Positions 14,110 through 20,698 of a stretch of 20,698 bases of DNA are shown here, in pieces. Source of the DNA: Folioceros fuciformis. Lineage: Eukaryota. Positions within the stretch are counted from its first letter, which is position 1, and each line of letters begins with the position of its first letter. Below the pieces are notes generated by a model. It was given only the letters and a program-made list of their open reading frames with translations, was not told the origin of the DNA and did no database searches. The position numbers were made by a program, and so were the translations under genes. The stretch spans positions 287,671 through 308,368 of the forward strand of contig JBNGIO010006237.1 in assembly GCA_049999805.1 (NCBI GenBank), in the 5' to 3' direction.

Positions 14110-16526
14110 ATGGAGGTGAGTGTGGTACTGGAGATGGCGGTGGCAGTGCTGGTTCTGGTGGCGGCATGGCCAATTTGGCGGTACTGGGAGAGGAGGGGGA
14201 TTCATGCGCCCAAGGGAGCCAAGCCGCTGCCGGGCTCCTTGGGGCTGCCGCTCCTGGGCGAATCCATGGACCTGCTGGCCGCATTAAAGAAGGGCGCAGC
14301 GGAGGATTTCGCAGGAGAGCGCTACCGCAAGTACGGCGACACATTCAAGTCGCACGTGTTTGGGACCCCCTACGTGTTCATCAGGGGGCCCGAGGCCGTC
14401 CGGCTGCTGGCCGGGAGCGAGGACAAGCTGGTGCACGCGCACCAGTTCGCACCCGCCAGGATTCTCATCGGCGACGCCGCGCTCATCAACATGCAGGGCG
14501 AGCAGCACAAACGCTACCGCCGTTTGTTCAACGACAAGTTCATGGGTGAGGGCCTCAAGAAGCACCTGCCTGTGGTGGAATCGGTTGTGTTGGAGGCGCT
14601 GAGTGCGTGGAAGGTTGGGGATGTGCGCGTCGTCAAGGAGGACACTGTCATGGTGCGTCGGGTTCCGCCATTTCGACTGCTACTTGCTCGCTGATCGATT
14701 CATGTTATCCGAAGCCAACCACCCGATTCGTTCACCTGACCGGCGACCCTGCTCAATGTTTGTGCCCAGTTCACGTACAATGTGATCGCCGGCGTGGTGA
14801 TGGGCTGGGGACCTGGTCCAGTCCGTGAACGCAGCTTGGAGCTCGTCCGAGTCGTTAGCAGCAATCTGTTCAAGGCACCCATCAATCTTCCAGGATTCGC
14901 CTTCAACAAGGCGATGCGGGTAGGACCTCAGCTATGAGTGCTTGCGATTGTCTCCAGTTCTGCTACAGATTCGTGGTGACTTTCATTTCAATGTCGTGTG
15001 GGAGCCTCATGATTCACAAGCTAGTAGCTTTCTTCCGTCGTGACAAAAAATGAGCGATCTGGCGATTTCGATGCAGGCAAGGAAGGAGCTCTCCAAAATG
15101 TTCGCGGCTGAAATTGCGCTGCGGAGGCACGGCAAGGTTGTCAAGGGCGACCTGCTGCAGGTCATGATGGAGGCGGTGGATCCAGAATCCGACGGGAAGC
15201 CTGCAATGAGTGACTTGCAGCTGGTAGACACGCTGCACAACTTGATCCTGGCCGGCCACGAAACATCCACGAACACCATCACTTGGCTTGCGAAGCTCAT
15301 TCACGAGCACCCTGATGTCAAACAACGGCTCATTGTACGCAAGTTTCGCTAGCGCTGCTTTGCTTCTGAACCACTGACAAGTTTAGTTTTCAAGCGTGCC
15401 TGTAAAATAATGTATGTACAAGTCCTCATTCGCTCTCCGTGTTTTGGCAGGCTGAACATCAGGCCCTGAGGAGCAGAAAGCAAGAGGGTGAGCTACTCAC
15501 ATGGGAGGAGCTCAACAACGACTTTGTTTACACTTCAGCAGTGAGACCCTACCTCGGTCCCTATCGCCTTTTGTCCCCTTTAGGACTACTGTAACCACAC
15601 CCATTTCGATAGTACTACCACTTCCAATGCATCGACAAACTCAGTACCAGTGTTGCTCTTTCAGGTGATCAAAGAGTCTCTTAGGGTGGCATCTCTGGCG
15701 TTTTGGCACCATCGTTCTGTGAAGCAGGACTTCACATTCAACGGTACGCTTTCCTAACTCTGTTTGCAGCTTGCGGTACGCTTTCCTAACTCTGTTTGCA
15801 GCTTGCATGCTCCGTGCTGCATGGGTATGCTTACTAGTAAAGCAACTTGCATGCGTTCCACTTAGTGGAAGCGCGTGGTCCTGCTGTACGTTAACCAGGA
15901 TGATGCCATGATGTGCAGGATACCACATTCCGAAGGGCTGGAACATTGTGTTGGATGTGCATGACCTTCATCACAACCCTCAGCTATACCCTGAGCCAGA
16001 GTCGTTCAAGCCCTCTCGTTTCGACGTACTCACTTGAAAGCCTTCCAGCTCCATCAAATTGAATTCCCAAGTTTTTTTTGTTGCTTGTTGAAAACCAAGC
16101 TCACACTGGCTGATGGACATGTCATGGCCTTGAACTGGATGTCCTGGTGGTCACATAACAGGAACCCGCAAAGCGCCACACGTTCATGCCATTCGGCACT
16201 GGTCCAAGAATCTGTCTGGGCAAAGATTTGGCTATGATGGAAGTGAAGGTGTTTCTCTATCACTGGATGACCAAGTACAGGTAGGCACAAGTGGAACCGC
16301 TGTAGGTTGCTTACCACTACGGATACCGATTCAGTCTGTCCTTGTCCTTGTCTTGTCGCCTGGTCACATCGTTTAGGTTATACACTTCAGCGCTGACGGA
16401 TCATTCCTTTATTTTGTTGCAACCAACAGTTGGTCACTCACGGAGGCAGCCACAGGAAGGGATTTCTCGGGACTCCCGATCCCCAACAACGGATCTCCTA
16501 TCCGGATCGAGGCTTTGCTAGCCTGA
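14110..16526 (+). CDS. Cytochrome P450, CYP85 clan, 8 exons, 480 aa
   Basis: Exons 14110-14652, 14770-14919, 15077-15334, 15451-15540, 15665-15743, 15919-16025, 16162-16280, 16430-16526 (TGA); 1443 nt. N-terminal membrane anchor; LPGSLGLPLLGES; KYGDTFKSHVFG; I-helix AGHETS; K-helix KESLR; FKPSRF; heme motif FGTGPRICLG. Internal exon sizes 150/90/79/107/119 match the CYP85-clan gene structure. The family cannot be assigned by eye. Confidence 0.95.
15742..15805 (+). repeat. Perfect 32-bp tandem duplication spanning the P450 exon 5 / intron 5 donor site
   Basis: CGGTACGCTTTCCTAACTCTGTTTGCAGCTTG at 15742-15773 and 15774-15805. Confidence 0.95.
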
Positions 16527-16731
16527 CTAAGCGAAGTCCAGCGCTAGCTGGGTAGAAGTGTACCTATGTTTCTCCAAATTTTTTAGAATGGTTAGTGTGT
16601 CGCAGTAATGTTAGCCTGGTCTGAGTGAGTAGTGTCTAGGTTTTCGTTTATAGGTAGGCATGTGCCAGGTTTACTGCACCTTCCCGCTGCACTGTGGCGG
16701 ATACTCACTTCTCGAGCAGGAATCCTCACGA

Positions 16732-17195
16732 CTATACGTTTCTGGAATCCAAAACAGACACGAAACGACATGCGCTGTTACTAGGCCCTATGATCTCAGA
16801 AAATGTTTGTGGCATCATCCTGTCGTCACTGGGCTGTTCCACATAGAATCCTTCTTTCCATAACCGATTCCAAATTACAAGAAACTCCTCGAGCTCAATT
16901 GAAGAGTTTCGAAGAAGGCAGTGAACAACGCCACAGACTAACAACACTGAGGCAATCGAGGTAGATACTCATCACCTCTTCAACAGTTGCACGTAGGCCT
17001 ACAGATAACCTCTAATATGTGCATGCCACGCCTAAAGTTCAGTTCCATGATCAGAGGAGAAAATTCCTTCACCGTGTCCATGAACCCCACCCCCCCCGCC
17101 CCCCTCGTCTTGTCTCCAGCAGTGTCCTTGGTCGGCTGGTATTGCTCCGCCATAGTGAGCCGCTATAGCAGCCGACGGCGTTGCAAATATCGACC
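16732..17195 (-). pseudogene. Possible degraded coding remnant of unknown family
   Basis: Protein-like segments in successive frames: RLTMAEQY..FMDTVKEFSPLIMELNFRRGMHILEVI / GLRATVEEVMSIYLDCLS / LLVCGVVHCLLRNSSIELEEFLVIWNRLWKEGFYVEQP, separated by frameshifts and stops. No family recognised. Confidence 0.25.
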
Positions 17196-17429
17196 TGGAT
17201 CCAGAACGTGACGTGAAATGCCTGCAGCAAGTAAGCTACCTCAACTTCTGCAGGAGGATGCAGTGAGAATGATACAGCCATGTACGGTACATACTTGTAC
17301 TTGAGGTTTAGACGACGTGGCAGATGCTGTTCAGTGTCCCCGTCTGTCTGCGCCTGCAAGGTCAGACGTGAGTCACAACTGCAACTGCCAATCCATTCAC
17401 CGGAGGGTACCTGTCAGCTGCTCAGTGGC

Positions 17430-17760
17430 TCAGGTAGAGGAGTCTAGCAAGGGGAAGGTTCATTCTTCTTCAATGGAAAAGAGAGGAAGCAAAAAAAATT
17501 GGAGAAGGGACTCTAACAAATGGAAGAATCATAGTAGTCAGGCAATAGGAGCCCAACACGGAGGACTTGAAATCCCTCCGGCCCTCGCGTACGCCGCAAT
17601 TGAAGACTATAAGCAGTTGAAAAAGAGATGCAGCAAGTCAAGCGAGTCAAGGCCCAAGCGAAAGAGATGGGAATTCGAAATGTTTGCAGAAACTATGCAG
17701 GTATGCAAGGGAGAGGGTTTATGCCTTCCTTGGACAGAGCATATCCAATGTGATTTTGGA
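17430..17760 (+). mobile_element. Possible degenerate retrotransposon gag remnant
   Basis: Purine-rich, K/R-rich frame ending KGEGLCLPWTEHIQCDF, weakly like a decayed GLC..C...H...C zinc knuckle. No other domains seen. Confidence 0.2.
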
Positions 17761-17779
17761 ATAGCAATAAGTGCAGGTC

Positions 17780-17855
17780 AAGTAGCTTCTTGAAGACAAG
17801 TCTTCCTCCCCGAAGTAACTTCTTCACCACAAGTCTTCCTTCCCAAAGTAAGCTT
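17780..17855. repeat. Imperfect 33-bp tandem duplication
   Basis: AAGTAGCTTCTTGAAGACAAGTCTTCCTCCCCG (17780-17812), AAGTAACTTCTTCACCACAAGTCTTCCTTCCCA (17813-17845), plus the start of a third copy. Confidence 0.75.
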
Positions 17856-18149
17856 GTTGGAAAGCTAAAGAAATCATAATAGACTTGATATTTCATAAAA
17901 ATATATATAAATCTATAAGAACTAAATTGTGCATTTTCTATTATTGAAAGAGAGATGGAAAGCCCCATCTACTCCAAAGATTGGAGGAACAACCCGAGTA
18001 GGGCTAGAGGCTAGAAGGGTACTAGCACCTTAGAATTTCATTCTCCAAAACTATCTATTGCTCCCGAAATGTCATGATGTGGAATAACAAAAGGCCTACC
18101 TTACACCAGTGCCCAAAAAGCTACTTGACCTCCATATGTTGTTGTTCTA

Positions 18150-18395
18150 AAAAAGTGTGTTGGCTAATGCTTTTTGCTACACAATGTTAAAAGAGGGAGA
18201 ACAACATTCCTATGACTTTGATAAACCTTAGCCCACTCCTTGATAAACCTTGAAAAGTCCTTGGCCATAGCCCCATGAGTCTCAAGAGCAAGGGGGATAA
18301 AAGTATGTCTATCTTGCAAGGGAGAGTACTTATGGAGTTTAGCACTTGCACAACCCTCTACTGCCCACCTAGGAGGGCCAATCAAGGCGTTCATG
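18150..18395 (-). mobile_element. Fragment of a non-LTR retrotransposon restriction-like endonuclease (RLE) domain (CRE/R2-group-like)
   Basis: AVEGCASAKLHKYSPLQDRHTFIPLALETHGAMAKDFSRFIKEWA matches the K-x2-KY...F-x-P-x-A-x-ET-x-G signature of RLE C-termini. A frameshifted QKALAK follows, resembling the downstream LQR.NA helix. Confidence 0.65.
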
Positions 18396-18989
18396 TTACT
18401 GTTTAAAGGTGATGTTGAGAGTAGTGGAAGTGGATGGTATATTATGATAATGAACATATTTGACTGTTTTTTTTCAATCCATGGGATGTAGATAGACAGT
18501 TTCCTGTCCTTTAAACATAGACTTTAAGGAGCTGGTAGACTTGCGCATCGAAAGTAAGATTCTTTTTGTTCGCAAAGTTTTGGAGTTTGAAGATCACATG
18601 TACCACTTGGCTGTGGGCTTGAAGCAAATGTGTGGAGATCGATTATGTCCACCACACGTCAATATAAGTGGTTTTTGAAAAAAAGGCTAAAATGTAGATA
18701 TATAACTAGGATGGTGTAAACTCAAATGTGCATCAAACGGGTTTCGTGGAATACGACCGTTAGGCGCAGACATTGTTTTGTTACTTTATCTGGTACACCA
18801 AACGTTATGACGACCCTACTAGCCGCCAAAACTTGAGAGAATCGATTGCAAACTTGGCCCCTAGCCAGAGTAGCCACTTGTCTATAAAGCGGAGCTATTT
18901 TCCTTTGCTCCCTTTTCTAACCACCTGACTATTGGCCCGTCTCCTCTTGGCGGGAGCTTTTTTTCCTGACCCTACCTTTCTCTTCTACA

Positions 18990-19368
18990 TGGTGAAAGGA
19001 TCATTAGAGGAGCATGGTGAAGGAGAGGAGAGAAGAAGGGAGGAGGAGAGGAGAGGAGAATGAGAGGTCTCACAATGTCTCTCACAGCTCCATTGCAAAT
19101 GGAGCTCAAGAGGGTATTTATACCCTCTAGAAAAGCTCCCAAGGAAGCTTCACAAGAAGCTCACAGGAAGCTTCAAAAGAAGCTCTCACAAGAAGCTCAC
19201 AGGAAGCTTCCTAAAGATTAGCTTAAGCTAATGATAATTAAACACTAATCTTAGACTAATTACATTAGTCTAATTAAACTTATTATACTAGTTTAATTAG
19301 ATTAATCACATTAGTCTAATTAGACTAATCACATTAGTCTAAGCACATTGGGCTTTAATAACCCTACA
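18990..19368 (-). repeat. 3' LTR of the Copia element (about 380 bp)
   Basis: Begins with TG immediately after the PPT. Contains TATAAATA (19122-19115), GAAGCT tandem motifs (19131-19210) and a CT-rich tract. Probable end ...CTTTCACCA at 18990 (alternative CA end at 18993); the distal boundary cannot be confirmed without the 5' LTR. Confidence 0.75.
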
Positions 19369-19410
19369 ACCGCCCCCTTCAAGGCCAATTTACCTTCATA
19401 GGGGAGTAGT

Positions 19411-20631
19411 CTACCTCACGCCCATGAGTGTCCGAGCTTGTGCGAATTGCTCCGAAGAGAGCCCCTTGGTAAGAACATCTGCACGGTTTTGACTGGTGTG
19501 AACTTTGACAAGTTGTACCCTCTTGTCTTCCAACACCTCTCGAATGAAGTGATACTTCACTTCCACATGTTTGGTCTTCGCATGAAACACTGGATTCTTT
19601 GCCAATTGAATAGCACTTTGGCTATCACAATGCAACACTGGCAGGTCAACCTTGATCCCTAAATCGCCCACTAGACGAGCAAGCCATATGGCTTCCTTGC
19701 ATGCCTCAGTTGCTGCAACATACTCGGCCTCTGTGGTAGATAGCGTTGTGCATGATTGCAAACGAGATCGCCATGAGACTGCCCCTCCTGTGCACATGAA
19801 GACGTAACCTGATGTGGACCTCCTTTTGTCCATATCCCCTGCATAATCAGCATCCGTATATCCCACGACAGATGCATCTTCACTACCAAAACATAAGCAC
19901 AAAGCTTTCGTACCATTCAAGTGCCTCATAACTCCTTTCACTGCCTCCCAATGCTTCCTGCCAGGGTTTGACATAAACCTGCTAACCACTCCCACTGCAA
20001 AGGCAATGTCAGGACGTGTAGCAATCATTGCATACATCAAACTCCCTACAGCTGATGAGTATGGAACGTTCTCCATTTCAACTTTGTCCTCTGCAGAGCT
20101 TGGGCAATCCTTGCTCGACAGTTTCACATATGGAGGCAACGGAGTACTTAATACCTTCCCCTTCTCCATATTGAAACGTTGAAGCATCTTCTTAATGTAT
20201 TCAGTCTGAGACAAGTACAACAAACGCTTCTGTCTGTCTCGACGAATACGCATGCCAAGAATATGGCTTGCCTCTCCCAAGTCTGTCATGTCAAAGCGAC
20301 CATTCACCTTTGACTTCAACGTTGAAATCTCATCACTGTTAGTCCCAGCAATTAGCATATCATCCACATAGAGGACCAGAATGAGCAAGCTTCCATCCTT
20401 AGCTTGCTTCGTATAGAGGCAATGATCCTCATCGCTACGCTTGTAGCCTTGAGAAAGCATAAATGAGTGGAACTTGAAATACCACTCCCTGGGTGCCTGC
20501 TTCAAACCATAAAGGCTTTTCTTTAACCTGCACACTAGATTCTCTTTGCCCTTCTCAATGAAACCCTCTGGTTGCTGCATGTATACCTCTTCCTGGAGAT
20601 CACCATGCAAAAATGCCGACTTCACATCCAA
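19411..20631 (-). CDS. Copia pol fragment: reverse transcriptase (RVT_2) + RNase H
   Basis: LDVKSAFLHG, LKKSLYGLKQAPREW, LVLYVDDMLIAG, PYSSAVGSLMYAM..TRPDIAFAV, GYTDADYAGD, STTEAEY, CDSQSAI, ADVLTK. No internal stop over about 400 codons; 5'-truncated. Confidence 0.92.
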   Translation of the reverse strand: MDVKSAFLHGDLQEEVYMQQPEGFIEKGKENLVCRLKKSLYGLKQAPREWYFKFHSFMLSQGYKRSDEDHCLYTKQAKDGSLLILVLYVDDMLIAGTNSDEISTLKSKVNGRFDMTDLGEASHILGMRIRRDRQKRLLYLSQTEYIKKMLQRFNMEKGKVLSTPLPPYVKLSSKDCPSSAEDKVEMENVPYSSAVGSLMYAMIATRPDIAFAVGVVSRFMSNPGRKHWEAVKGVMRHLNGTKALCLCFGSEDASVVGYTDADYAGDMDKRRSTSGYVFMCTGGAVSWRSRLQSCTTLSTTEAEYVAATEACKEAIWLARLVGDLGIKVDLPVLHCDSQSAIQLAKNPVFHAKTKHVEVKYHFIREVLEDKRVQLVKVHTSQNRADVLTKGLSSEQFAQARTLMGVR

Positions 20632-20698
20632 GCTTAATAAAAATAACAAAAAACCTTAATAAAAATAATATTAATGATCAAAGTCTTGACGACTTGAT

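Larger units (their letters stand above)
18990..20634 (-). mobile_element. Ty1/Copia LTR retrotransposon (Tnt1/Tork-like), 3' part: RT-RNaseH, PPT, 3' LTR
   Basis: Open pol frame to a TAG at 19411-19413, then polypurine tract GAAGGGGGCGGT (19380-19369) directly followed by an LTR starting TGTAGGG (19368). Homology stops abruptly at about 20634. Confidence 0.93.

Noticed and set aside
14066..14602. Alternative-frame and antisense ORFs over P450 exon 1
   Set aside because: Expected from high GC and codon bias; only the 14110 frame carries P450 motifs.
18984..19000. CTACA-TGGT as a 5' LTR end plus primer-binding site on the plus strand
   Set aside because: TGGTGAAAGG does not match the tRNA-Met PBS (TGGTATCAGAGC) and is better explained as the end of the minus-strand 3' LTR.
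20632..20649. N-terminal MLFLLS of the 412-aa Copia ORF as a real start
   Set aside because: It comes from the AT-rich sequence beyond the junction; RT homology begins only at LDVK.

Overview
Eukaryotic nuclear DNA from a compact-genome, non-seed-plant-like organism. Gene density is high and most introns are 80-250 nt, a layout suggestive of a hornwort, other bryophyte or lycophyte; this taxonomic placement is inference only. Four spliced genes were reconstructed by hand. (1) A 5'-partial MEKK/STE11-type MAPKKK with N-terminal ankyrin repeats (+, <2..4520). (2) A WDR70/GAD-1-like WD40 protein (-, 7477..4688) converging on it with only 167 bp between stop codons, and needing a GC-AG intron. 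(3) A divergent bHLH + ACT-like transcription factor (-, about 12847..9436). (4) Head-to-head with it, an 8-exon CYP85-clan cytochrome P450 (+, 14110..16526). A gapped 30-bp minisatellite lies at 8188-8496. The right end is transposon-rich: a possible gag remnant, a fragment of a restriction-like endonuclease (RLE) non-LTR retrotransposon, and a 5'-interrupted Tnt1-like Ty1/Copia element with open RT-RNaseH, polypurine tract and a hairpin-rich 3' LTR. No CRISPR, rRNA or tRNA was seen. The most interesting items are the ankyrin-MEKK architecture, the bHLH/P450 divergent pair, a tandem duplication of a self-contained splice-signal unit in P450 intron 5, and the RLE retroelement relic. None is shown to be a new system; each needs the stated checks.
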